DNA of 27,224 bases, from assembly GCA_039798385.1 (NCBI GenBank), contig JBDKGC010000112.1:1-27224 (forward strand). Reading direction: 5' to 3'. The translations under genes were made by a program, and so were the position numbers. The notes under the pieces are model-generated. The model saw only the letters and a program-made list of their open reading frames with translations. It made no database searches and was not told where the DNA came from. Of this stretch, positions 8,533 through 17,400 are shown in pieces. The DNA comes from Bacillota bacterium (GTDB lineage Bacteria > Bacillota > Bacilli > Thermoactinomycetales > Thermoactinomycetaceae). Each line of letters begins with the position of its first letter. Within the stretch, counting starts at the first letter, position 1.

Positions 8533-9081
8533 TTGCCAAGTAGAGCGGAAAATTTAGTAACCGGATTAGTCAGTCTTTTAGTAGGTGGCTTGGTGCTTAA
8601 TAAATGGATTTCATTTACCAAATTTTTTCGTTGGCTACTTAAAAAACCCCAAAAACAAATAAAAGTGAAAGGTTCGATTGCAAAATACTTAAAAGGGGAA
8701 GGGTATCATTTTATAGCCGAGAAGTGCAAGGTACCATTGACCATTACTAGTGATGAGGATGAGTATAAAAGCCGCCTGTACACGGATTATGTTGTAAAGA
8801 AAGAGGGTAAGGTATACCTGGTCTTTATAGCTCGAGAGCAGCGGCAGATTAAGTATTCAGGAGCATTTTTACGTGATTTTTTGTTGGCGCATTACTTAAC
8901 ATATCGTCCGGAGGGCATTATATATATAAGCCGTGATTTATCACTGCGCCTTTTTAAGATAAAGATGAATCCAACTGGATTAGAAGGGTCAGGCTATAAA
9001 AAAGAGTGGAGCTTTTTTTTAGCTGGTTTGGCGGTAGGAGTGCTCATTTTAATTATTTCATGGCAGCAACGTTTGTCGTAA
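8533..9081 (+). CDS. Hypothetical membrane protein with two terminal TM helices and a PD-(D/E)XK-like soluble core
   Basis: Hydrophobic residues ~8-26 and ~160-177; core YLKGEGY...YTDYVVKKEGKVYLVFIA. Confidence 0.75.
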   Translation: MPSRAENLVTGLVSLLVGGLVLNKWISFTKFFRWLLKKPQKQIKVKGSIAKYLKGEGYHFIAEKCKVPLTITSDEDEYKSRLYTDYVVKKEGKVYLVFIAREQRQIKYSGAFLRDFLLAHYLTYRPEGIIYISRDLSLRLFKIKMNPTGLEGSGYKKEWSFFLAGLAVGVLILIISWQQRLS

Positions 9082-9116
9082 TAAATTGTAATATCTGTAA
9101 TAAGGGGGCTTAGCAC

Positions 9117-9980
9117 TTGGTTGGGATTCTTTATAATAAATATAAAACTAGCGCCAAAAAAACAGCAGCTATCTTCATAAATAAATTAAAAATGAGCGGT
9201 GTACGATATACGAAATTAAATGAGCATACCTCTAAAGAGGTAATGGTAGAGATTAAAATTATTTGTGTTTTTGGGGGTGATGGGACGCTACTTTATGCGG
9301 CAAGGCATTTTGCTCAATATGAAGTCCCGATGATAGCAATTAATCTCGGCCAGGTAGGTTTTTTAGCAGCTGCGGAACCGGCTCAATTAGACAGTCTCCT
9401 AGCAGATTTGATTCTTAAACGTAAATTTTCGTTAGAGCGACGTATGATGCTTACAGGTAAAATAGAACGTAATGGTGGTGAGGCTCTTTTACTTCCAGCA
9501 GCTTTAAACGATATATGTTTAGTTAAAGGCCCTTTAGGCCGGATGACTAAGTGTAAAGTGATAGTGGACCAGGAGCAGCTAGGTGAATATGCAGGCGATG
9601 GAGTTATTATTGCAACCCCGACTGGTTCTACAGCATACTCGCTCTCTTGTAATGGCCCTTTAATCGCACCGGAACTTGACTTGTTCTTGCTGACACCGAT
9701 ATCCTCACAAGTTTTAGCGCTGCGGCCCATAGTTTTGCCAAGTGAAGTGTTGATTATGCTGCAGATTGGAAATGCTAGTCATAATTTATTTCTTGTAGTG
9801 GATGGTCAGGTGGAGTACCCTGTTTATCCTGGGGATAAGATCGTTATTTTTCGTAGTAAATATCGAACGCTACTTGCAAAACCAAACGAAGGTCATTTTT
9901 TTAAGACTGTTAAAAAAAAATTATATAATATAAAAGAAGTGCAGGCGCGCAACATAATTAAGCCAAGTAAGGTTACATAA
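9117..9980 (+). CDS. nadK: NAD kinase
   Basis: GGDGT, INLGQVGFL, LND, GDGVIIATPTGSTAYSLS. Confidence 0.95.
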   Translation: MVGILYNKYKTSAKKTAAIFINKLKMSGVRYTKLNEHTSKEVMVEIKIICVFGGDGTLLYAARHFAQYEVPMIAINLGQVGFLAAAEPAQLDSLLADLILKRKFSLERRMMLTGKIERNGGEALLLPAALNDICLVKGPLGRMTKCKVIVDQEQLGEYAGDGVIIATPTGSTAYSLSCNGPLIAPELDLFLLTPISSQVLALRPIVLPSEVLIMLQIGNASHNLFLVVDGQVEYPVYPGDKIVIFRSKYRTLLAKPNEGHFFKTVKKKLYNIKEVQARNIIKPSKVT

Positions 9981-11751
9981 CTAAATTGCGGTAGAGTTGG
10001 GAGCTGTGTTCGAGTTCGGAGTGGGTACCGCTCGCGGCAATTACTCCCTGGTGTAGTAAGACTATTTTGTCCAATTTTTGTAGTAATGATGTTTGATTTG
10101 TAATGATAAAGGCTGTTGTAGGATGCTTTTTAAAATAAAGATCAAGGTTTTTTTCTAGCAATTGCACCGTTTCGTAATCAATGGCCGAATAAAATTCGTC
10201 TAATATTAAAATAGGAGCCTGTTTTAGAAAAGCACAAGCTAAGGCTAAACGTTGTTTTTGGCCACTACTTAAGCAGGCGCCATGTTGGCCTAAAGTGGTA
10301 TCATAGCCCTGTGGTAATCTAATTAAGCTGGAGTGAATACAGGCAAGCTTGCAAGCATCATAAATTTCGGTGCGTGAGGCAGTTGGTTTAATTAATTGCA
10401 GCGTTTGATAAACGCTTAATTGTAGAAATCTAATATTTTGGGGGACTAGTGCAATTTGTTGGCGCACTGAATCTGGATTGACACTGTTTAGGTCCTGCTT
10501 GTCAATCAAAATCTTTCCAGTTACAAGTGGAAAGTAGTGTAATAAAGCACGTGTAATTGTTGTTTTACCTGTACCTGAGGAACCTATCAGCCCTACTTTT
10601 TCATAAGCTTTAATGGTTAAGGAGAAGTTTTTTAAGATAGGAGGACCATTTAGATAGCGACAAGTCACATTTTGATAAATAATTTCTCCGCGCGGCACAA
10701 ATAAGTTTGGTGCTGTATAATCAGGGAACTCAATCGGGGCCGTAGTTACATAATGAAAACTGCTTTTTGCAATTGCTAATTGTGGAAAAAAGAATATAAA
10801 CAAATTAAAATAGATTAATTTTAATTGCGCAGGAATGTGATGCGCCGCAAAGATGATAATGAGGAATTTATCGATACTTAGTTCTTGTCTGCTAAAGAGA
10901 TAAGCAGCTAAAACTATTTGAGGGATGAAGTAAATCGCTAGTGCGAGTAGTTCGGTAACATAGATGCTAAAGCTTTGCCAATAGTTAGCTTTTTTCATAC
11001 TGTGTTGCCAGTTTTTTAAAGCTGGCGTAAAGTTTTGAGTTAAATGTGTATCGATGCTGCTACTTATTTTTAGCTGAAAGATATTAGTTAAGGCATCAGT
11101 AATCAGGCCACCAATGTTTTGCCGGAGTAAAGCTGCTTTTTGCTCTAGTGGAAATTGCTTATGTAAAAAAAACCATGTAATCAAAGCGTAGAAAGCGAAA
11201 GTAATCAATCCGGTATAGCCAACGAGCCCACTAACTAGCGTTATATAACCAAGATAGAATAAAATTTTAAAGAGTGGCGTTAACAGCCGTGGGAACTGAA
11301 TAAGCAAGGTGTAAATTGCATTTTGTAAATCAGTTAGCTTTACAGCTTGTTGGCCCGCTAAATGTTGGTCAAACCACTCTAACCAACATCTGGCCAAATT
11401 TTTATAGGTGGCTAGTACGACCGCGGTGCGCAGGCGCGGTGTAAAATACGCGTTTAGCATTGCCTGAGTAAAAGGTAAGCCGTCGTGGAGAAAGCTTAGT
11501 AGCAAAAAGAGCCCTAATTGTGCACCAAATGTCTCAGTAATCTTGGGTAAACTTTGGAGTAAGCGCCGTAAGGATTCGAGATAAGAGATGTCAATTATGG
11601 CAAACACGATTGCTAAAATTAAGTAGCTTAGGATATACCAGTGAAACCTTGTGTGCAGTAAACTGAAAAGGAAAGTAGTTAAAGAGTGCTTCGTAGTGTT
11701 AGTTTTGTTGAAGAGAGGGGGCCTCCTTTTAAAAATTATAGCACCTCTCAC
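9973..11751 (-). CDS. ABC exporter (fused TMD + NBD), start uncertain
   Basis: Six hydrophobic segments; Walker A GSSGTGKTT, Q-loop VPQ, signature LSSGQKQ, Walker B ILILDE; the H-loop reads ITNQ. Confidence 0.88.
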   Translation of the reverse strand: MRGAIIFKRRPPLFNKTNTTKHSLTTFLFSLLHTRFHWYILSYLILAIVFAIIDISYLESLRRLLQSLPKITETFGAQLGLFLLLSFLHDGLPFTQAMLNAYFTPRLRTAVVLATYKNLARCWLEWFDQHLAGQQAVKLTDLQNAIYTLLIQFPRLLTPLFKILFYLGYITLVSGLVGYTGLITFAFYALITWFFLHKQFPLEQKAALLRQNIGGLITDALTNIFQLKISSSIDTHLTQNFTPALKNWQHSMKKANYWQSFSIYVTELLALAIYFIPQIVLAAYLFSRQELSIDKFLIIIFAAHHIPAQLKLIYFNLFIFFFPQLAIAKSSFHYVTTAPIEFPDYTAPNLFVPRGEIIYQNVTCRYLNGPPILKNFSLTIKAYEKVGLIGSSGTGKTTITRALLHYFPLVTGKILIDKQDLNSVNPDSVRQQIALVPQNIRFLQLSVYQTLQLIKPTASRTEIYDACKLACIHSSLIRLPQGYDTTLGQHGACLSSGQKQRLALACAFLKQAPILILDEFYSAIDYETVQLLEKNLDLYFKKHPTTAFIITNQTSLLQKLDKIVLLHQGVIAASGTHSELEHSSQLYRNLVM

Positions 11752-11779
11752 TATAGTATAGCAGCTGCAAACGTGTCAA
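11750..11779 (-). promoter_or_regulatory. sigmaA-type promoter of the ABC exporter
   Basis: TTGACA-N18-TATAGT. Confidence 0.6.
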
Positions 11780-11800
11780 ATAATGTTCGGACTCTAATTT

Positions 11801-12334
11801 TTAAAATATAGATTTCTCTTGTTGTTTTGCTAATACTTTCCCGAGCATCCTTTGGACCAAAGGAGTTTGTAACATTTTAAGCACAGTGCTAATGTTAATA
11901 GTTTTCAAAAGTGGCAATAAAAAATTTTTCTTAGCTGGTGCAGTTGTTTTAGCAATATTAGACAGGATACTCTCGTCACCTTGTGCTGCTAATTTAACTT
12001 TACCTTTGGCATTTTTGGCTACTAATTGTGCTATTTGAAACATATTGTAACTATTATCTAACCACTTTTCTACTTGTTGGACTGACGAACTCATCTGTCT
12101 GATGGCTGATCTTAAATTCACAAATTTACTCATTAACTTAGCTATTTTGCTCGAGGACATATTGAGAACTGGAGCTGACATATTTAATGCTTTATTTAAA
12201 CCTAATTCTCTAATAAGGTTTTTTTCAGAGGCAATAATTTTTCTGCGAGGTTTCTTTACTTTTGGTTTAGTTATTTTTGACGGGTTTAATTTATCTGTTG
12301 AACTTAGATAAAGACCTTTTGGGCGTTCTTTCAT
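11801..12334 (-). CDS. Hypothetical basic (Lys-rich) helical protein
   Basis: 177-aa ORF with SD AGGAAGG; no recognisable family motif. Confidence 0.72.
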   Translation of the reverse strand: MKERPKGLYLSSTDKLNPSKITKPKVKKPRRKIIASEKNLIRELGLNKALNMSAPVLNMSSSKIAKLMSKFVNLRSAIRQMSSSVQQVEKWLDNSYNMFQIAQLVAKNAKGKVKLAAQGDESILSNIAKTTAPAKKNFLLPLLKTINISTVLKMLQTPLVQRMLGKVLAKQQEKSIF

Positions 12335-12366
12335 TTTTAGTCGTTTGTCCTTCCTGATAAAAATAA

Positions 12367-12398
12367 TATATAGCTTTAGCGTATGCTAAGGCTATATA
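12367..12398 (-). terminator. Probable intrinsic terminator of ileS
   Basis: 14-bp stem (TATATAGC.TTAGC / GCTAA.GCTATATA, one mismatch) with a 4-nt loop, followed on the - strand by TTATTTTT, 70 nt after the ileS stop. Confidence 0.55.
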
Positions 12399-12468
12399 CG
12401 TTGGTAATGGTTGTTCGGGTGGCTTATTAAAAAAACAAGTAAAGCACCTACCTAAAAGAGCAGACGCT

Positions 12469-15400
12469 TTATAAAATAGCAATGCGACAACTGTGCGTAT
12501 CATTTAAAGCGATTTCTTTCATTTCAACATGCTGCTCAAATAAAAGATCTTTTAAAAGGACATTGCTAGCAATTAATGATTGGAAATTTGTCAGTGCCGT
12601 TTTAAGCTCTTGTTTGGCATCGATTACTAAGGTGATCCGTTTATCAATTGGCAGGTTGAGTTCTTTGCGATAGTTTTGAATGATGCGAATTGCTTCGCGA
12701 GCTAAACCTTCCTCTTGTAAAGCAGGACTAAGCTTGGTATCAAGTACAAGTACAAGTTGATCTGCTTCTGTTAAGACATATCCCTGTTTTGGTTGATGTG
12801 TTAATAAGACCACGTCGTTAGTAAGTGTTAGCGTGGCTCCTGTTTTAGATGTAAACTCCAATTGTTTGCTGAGTGCTAACGTTTTTCCAGCTTCTTTGTT
12901 ATCTTTTAAAAATGTTTTTAGTTCTTGTATCTGTGCACCAAATTTTGGTCCCGCTACTTTAAGGTTTAAATTAGCAGAGTAGTCAACCAGGTGATGAAAA
13001 TCTTTAGTAAGTGTGATCTTTTTTACATTCAACTCTTCCTTAATTAGTGTAAAGTAAGGGCTAATGGCTAGAGATGGTGTAGCAATTATTAGCTCAGCTA
13101 ATGGTTGGCGAGTGCGAATGCCCGTTTGATTGCGAAGCTTATGGCCTAATTCTACTATTTGCCGTACTAGAGCCATCTCTGTCTCTAATTGTTTATCAAT
13201 TAATGTTTCTTTAGCTTCAGGATAGTTAGTTAAGTGCACACTAGCACCTTTTTTCAAATTAGCATAGATGTCTTCAGTTAGAAAGGGAATGAAAGGGGCT
13301 GCCAGTTGACAGACGGTAGTTAAGACGTGGTACAAGGTGTCATAAGCCTCTTGTTTATCTTGAGATTGGTCGTTACCCCAAAAGCGGTCACGTGAACGTC
13401 GTACATACCAGTTGCTTAGTTCGTCTACAAATGTTTGTAAGTTACGAGTTGGTTTCGAAAAATTATAGGTAGCACTTTCTTTCTGGACAGCAATGATCGT
13501 GCTGGTTAGCCGGGAAAGTATCCATTGATCAAGAAGATTATTTGGGGTAGATGTGAGTGGAGTAGGTTGGTAATTATCTAACAGCGCGTACATGACAAAA
13601 AAGGCGTGTACATTTTGCAATGTATCAATCATTTTTGATTTTGCTTCACTTACCATAGTAGCGCTAAAAGGTTTACTACGCCAGGGTGCGCTATCGACTA
13701 ATAAGGCCCAACGTAAGGCGTCAGCTCCGTATTTTTTAAGCAGTTCTTCAGGATCAATTATGTTACCTTTACTCTTAGACATCTTCTGTCCTTTTGGATC
13801 TAAAATATGCCCGGTAGCTAGCGCTTGTTTAAAGGAGGTCTTACCTGTATAGAGGGTTGCGATGACAAGTAAGGTGTAGAACCAGCCGCGCGTTTGATCA
13901 ATCCCTTCACAGATTATGTCGGCTGGGAAAGTGGCGCTTAGGGGCTTGGGTGTTGTATTGTAATGCTGGGCAAAGGGCATGGAGCCGGCATCAAACCAAA
14001 CGTCAATTACCTCTTTGGTCCGAATCATTTTTCCTCTGCACTCCTGGCAGGTTAAATAGACATCATCAATATATGGTTTATGCAAATCAAGCTTATCTAA
14101 GGTCGAGATTGCCCGGCTTTTTAAGTCGTTTAGGTTTTTAGGTGTATACTCAGCTTTACATTCTTCACAGATCCAGACGTTCAGTGGTGTGCCAAAGTAC
14201 CGATTGCGGCTGATATTCCAATCAATAACGTTTTCTAAAAAATTACCAAAGCGTCCATCTCGTAGATGGTCGGGGTGCCAGGTTATAAGCTTATTATTAG
14301 CTAGCAGCTCTTTTTTAAAGGCCGTTGTTTTAATAAACCAACTTTCAATGGCATAGTAAAGCAGCGGAGAACTGCAACGCCAGCAAAAGGGATAACTATG
14401 CGTAAAGCGTTCTTTGCTAAATAATAACTTGCGGTGTGCTAGGTCTTTAATAATATCGACGTCACACTCTTTAACGAAACGACCGGCCCAGGGTGTTACC
14501 TCTTTGGTATAACAGCCTTTAGTATCTACTAAGTTTAAGAGTGATAAGTTAAACAGTTTAGCGGTTTGATAATCATCCTCCCCATGATTAGGTGCCAGGT
14601 GTACAATTCCAGTACCTTCATCGGCGCTTACAAAGTCGGCGCCGACAATATAATACCCATTTGTGATCGGTTTAAAAGAAAAGAGCGGCTGATATTTTTG
14701 GCCCACCAATTCTTTACCACTATGCAGCGAAAGGACGTCAAAACTACCTTTAAAGATTTTTGGCGCCAGTTCTTTTGCCACAATATAGGTTTGATTTTCA
14801 AAGCGAAGGCGGGCATAGGTTAGGCTAGGATTAACAGCAAGCGCTACATTGGCCGGTAGCGTCCAAGGTGTAGTGGTCCAGGCCAAAAAGATCTCATGAT
14901 TTTCGGGATTAATAAATTTAGCGATCAGGCTTAGGTCTGTCACCTCTTTATATCCCTGTGCTACTTCATGTGAACTAAGGGTAGTTTCACAACTGGGGCA
15001 ATAGGGGCTGATGCGATGTCCGCGGGTAAGTAAACCTTTTTCATGGGCATGTGCTAAGATTTGCCACACTTTTTCAATATAACCATTATCAAATGTTAGA
15101 TATGGGGTTTCTAGATCAATCCAGTATCCTATTTTTTCAGTCATCAGGCGCCACTTTTGCTCATACCGAAAGACGCTTTCGCGGCATTTTTTAATAAAAC
15201 TGGCAACACCATAGGCTTCAATCTCTTTGGTGCCCTGTAGTCCAAGTTCTTTCGCGACGCCAAGCTCAATCGGCAAGCCATGTGTATCCCATCCAGCCTT
15301 ACGCGGGACGTAATAGCCGGCCATGGTCTTGGAGCGGCAGATAACATCTTTTAGGACTCGACCTAAGAGATGACCAATATGTGGTTCGCCATTTGGTCCA

Positions 15401-15540
15401 GGAGGACCATCATAAAAAATAAATGGCTGCTGGTCTTTGCGGTTTGCAGTTGATTTGGCAAAGGTCTGGTCCGTGTGCCATTTAAGAAGCACACGTTCTT
15501 CACGTTTGGTTGGCTCTTCTTTAATGTTTACTTTCTGCAT
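12469..15540 (-). CDS. ileS: Isoleucine--tRNA ligase, type 2
   Basis: FYDGPPGPNGEPHIGH, GWDTHGLP, WTTTPWTLPAN, DWNISRNRY, KMSKSKGN; type-2 C-terminus (EGLAREAIRIIQNYRK) without the C-terminal Cys finger. Start set at ATG 15540 from SD AAGGGGA and the promoter position. Confidence 0.96.
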   Translation of the reverse strand: MQKVNIKEEPTKREERVLLKWHTDQTFAKSTANRKDQQPFIFYDGPPGPNGEPHIGHLLGRVLKDVICRSKTMAGYYVPRKAGWDTHGLPIELGVAKELGLQGTKEIEAYGVASFIKKCRESVFRYEQKWRLMTEKIGYWIDLETPYLTFDNGYIEKVWQILAHAHEKGLLTRGHRISPYCPSCETTLSSHEVAQGYKEVTDLSLIAKFINPENHEIFLAWTTTPWTLPANVALAVNPSLTYARLRFENQTYIVAKELAPKIFKGSFDVLSLHSGKELVGQKYQPLFSFKPITNGYYIVGADFVSADEGTGIVHLAPNHGEDDYQTAKLFNLSLLNLVDTKGCYTKEVTPWAGRFVKECDVDIIKDLAHRKLLFSKERFTHSYPFCWRCSSPLLYYAIESWFIKTTAFKKELLANNKLITWHPDHLRDGRFGNFLENVIDWNISRNRYFGTPLNVWICEECKAEYTPKNLNDLKSRAISTLDKLDLHKPYIDDVYLTCQECRGKMIRTKEVIDVWFDAGSMPFAQHYNTTPKPLSATFPADIICEGIDQTRGWFYTLLVIATLYTGKTSFKQALATGHILDPKGQKMSKSKGNIIDPEELLKKYGADALRWALLVDSAPWRSKPFSATMVSEAKSKMIDTLQNVHAFFVMYALLDNYQPTPLTSTPNNLLDQWILSRLTSTIIAVQKESATYNFSKPTRNLQTFVDELSNWYVRRSRDRFWGNDQSQDKQEAYDTLYHVLTTVCQLAAPFIPFLTEDIYANLKKGASVHLTNYPEAKETLIDKQLETEMALVRQIVELGHKLRNQTGIRTRQPLAELIIATPSLAISPYFTLIKEELNVKKITLTKDFHHLVDYSANLNLKVAGPKFGAQIQELKTFLKDNKEAGKTLALSKQLEFTSKTGATLTLTNDVVLLTHQPKQGYVLTEADQLVLVLDTKLSPALQEEGLAREAIRIIQNYRKELNLPIDKRITLVIDAKQELKTALTNFQSLIASNVLLKDLLFEQHVEMKEIALNDTHSCRIAIL

Positions 15541-15576
15541 TAGATACGTCCCCTTAAAAACTACTTCTTTTAATCT

Positions 15577-15606
15577 ATTATAGTCCTGGCTGTGATAGAT
15601 GGGCAA
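15577..15606 (-). promoter_or_regulatory. sigmaA-type promoter of ileS
   Basis: TTGCCC-N18-TATAAT, giving a ~30-nt leader. Confidence 0.6.
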
Positions 15607-15632
15607 GTGGTTAAAAATAGGCTGGGATCTAT

Positions 15633-15661
15633 AACCTTTAGCCCACCAGTGACATATGCTA
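15633..15661 (+). promoter_or_regulatory. sigmaK-type (late mother-cell) promoter
   Basis: AACC-N16-CATATGCTA matches the B. subtilis sigmaK consensus mACm-N16-CATAnnnTA; 40 nt upstream of the ATG at 15701. Confidence 0.7.
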
Positions 15662-15700
15662 CAGTATAATATTTGCCCTAGGTTGAGAGGTGTTTTAAAA

Positions 15701-17305
15701 ATGCCAGTTTTATCAAAAAGTATAATGGGGGGCAATGCTCCTACCTTCACATCGTCACCAGTTGCAGGTTATACAAAATGTATTGCGGTATCGGCTACTA
15801 ATATGAGCAATGCTTACTTATTAGCCACTACTGACCAAAAGGTTTTTCTTTATTATTATTATACTAATTCAAGTACACCTGGGTGGTTCAATGCGACATG
15901 GGGTGCAACTACTACAAATGAGGCTCCAAGACTTATTACGCGTGAGACTACTAATACCATAAATACTGTGGCTGTTGGTGGTGCTTATTTTGCTTTAGCT
16001 ACGATCAGCGGGGTTGAAGTTTATCTATCTAATGGTGTCAATACCGATGTTACATATATTGATACAATTGCGGTGGCAGGTGGTGCTAGCGCCGTCGATA
16101 TTGCATTTGAGGCAACTAATTTCACTGTGGCATATGCTTCTAAAACATCTCCGTATTTTTATGTTGCTCAATATAATAATCCAACGACTGAGACCAGTCC
16201 TGTTAGTACCAAAAGGTTTCTTACTAATTCATTAGAGGCTGGGGTTCAGGATCTTAGTTTAAGTAAGACAGCGCTTACTGCGGTGTCAGGTTCAGGATAT
16301 GTTTATCTTTACAATAAAAACTATTGGGCTACTGCTTCCCAACCAACAAATGGATATCAGCCAAATACGACAATTACCATCAGCGGAAAGTGGAGCGCTG
16401 TAGCGGTAGATATGTCGTCTAGTTCAGCTGGGTTATTAATTATTGGCGATCCGACAGCAAAAAAAGCCAAGTTATATACTTTAACTGTAGGTTCGAGTAC
16501 TGCTTCATCATCGACGATAACGTATAGTACTGCGACCGATCTTATTCCTGCTACTGTGCCTACGCAATATGGTGTAAGCGTTGATGTTAATACGGCCAAT
16601 GCTACAGCTCTTGTTGGTTCGGTTAGTTCCGTACCCCAGGTTATATTGTTCCGCATTAGTGCAACGGGTATTTCGTCGGAGTCTTTGAAAATTAATCCTA
16701 CCGGTGTAGCAACAAATTCGTATGGAGCACAGGTTGCGCTTAGTGGTCAATATATGGCCGTTAGTGATATAACTAACAAGCAGCCAAATCTTTATTTAAA
16801 TTGCCCTGTCTGTTCTTCTACTACACAAACAACAGGGTTAGAGACTGTGTCTGTTACCTTATATGCCTTTGCCAGTGATAACATAACCTGCGCAACTGGT
16901 GTGGTGCAGGTCTATCTTTGGGATCAGATAACCGGTGATTGTTTTTATCAAACACAAGGTGTCACATGTATTACTACTCCAATGTCAAAGTTAGCAGCAG
17001 CTGAAAATGAAGTAGCTGGCAACTATGTGGTGGTTGGCAGCGCTACTATCAATATTAAAAATGTTCCTATCTCAAACCAAACTTATGCCACGGCGGTCTA
17101 TACTGATGATCCTAATTATACTGCTCCGAGCCAAACCATTAAGTTAAACCCTTTGGCACCGGGACCGGAAGCGTCTGCTTTACAGAAGCTATGCGGTGAG
17201 CCGCAGGTGGTTAAAGTTAAGCGTGTTGTTGATTGGGTGACCTATACGACGCGCAATGAAATACAAATTATCTTAACAGCTAAAGATAAACAGAATGAAA
17301 GCTAA
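15701..17305 (+). CDS. Ser/Thr-rich beta-propeller + Ig-like (Big_3-like) protein without signal peptide; putative spore-surface adhesin
   Basis: Seven blade-like repeats (e.g. INTVAVGGAYFALAT, YGVSVDVN..ALVG, YGAQVALSGQYMAVS), CPVC linker, Ig-like end ATAVYTDDPNY; SD GAGAGG before ATG 15701. Confidence 0.7.
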   Translation: MPVLSKSIMGGNAPTFTSSPVAGYTKCIAVSATNMSNAYLLATTDQKVFLYYYYTNSSTPGWFNATWGATTTNEAPRLITRETTNTINTVAVGGAYFALATISGVEVYLSNGVNTDVTYIDTIAVAGGASAVDIAFEATNFTVAYASKTSPYFYVAQYNNPTTETSPVSTKRFLTNSLEAGVQDLSLSKTALTAVSGSGYVYLYNKNYWATASQPTNGYQPNTTITISGKWSAVAVDMSSSSAGLLIIGDPTAKKAKLYTLTVGSSTASSSTITYSTATDLIPATVPTQYGVSVDVNTANATALVGSVSSVPQVILFRISATGISSESLKINPTGVATNSYGAQVALSGQYMAVSDITNKQPNLYLNCPVCSSTTQTTGLETVSVTLYAFASDNITCATGVVQVYLWDQITGDCFYQTQGVTCITTPMSKLAAAENEVAGNYVVVGSATINIKNVPISNQTYATAVYTDDPNYTAPSQTIKLNPLAPGPEASALQKLCGEPQVVKVKRVVDWVTYTTRNEIQIILTAKDKQNES

Positions 17306-17400
17306 GACTTTAGTCATAATCTTACACTTAGAGTAATATGCTAAAAAGTAAGGTTTTTAAAATATGATAAGTGCTTATAGGTTAGAGAGGGAAAGCTTAT

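Noticed and set aside
12482-14823. Short plus-strand ORFs inside ileS
   Set aside because: Antisense to a well-conserved gene, with no independent support.
15656-15700. 15-aa upstream extension (MLQYNICPRLRGVLK) of the propeller protein as a signal peptide
   Set aside because: It has no hydrophobic core, overlaps the sigmaK -10, and the SD sits before ATG 15701.
15541-15750. 70-aa N-terminal extension of IleS in the ORF track
   Set aside because: It overlaps the divergent gene and promoters. The SD and promoter support ATG 15540, and IleRS-like sequence begins there.
16014-16750. Alternative-frame and antisense ORFs inside the propeller gene
   Set aside because: Shadows of the Thr/Ser/Val-rich main frame.
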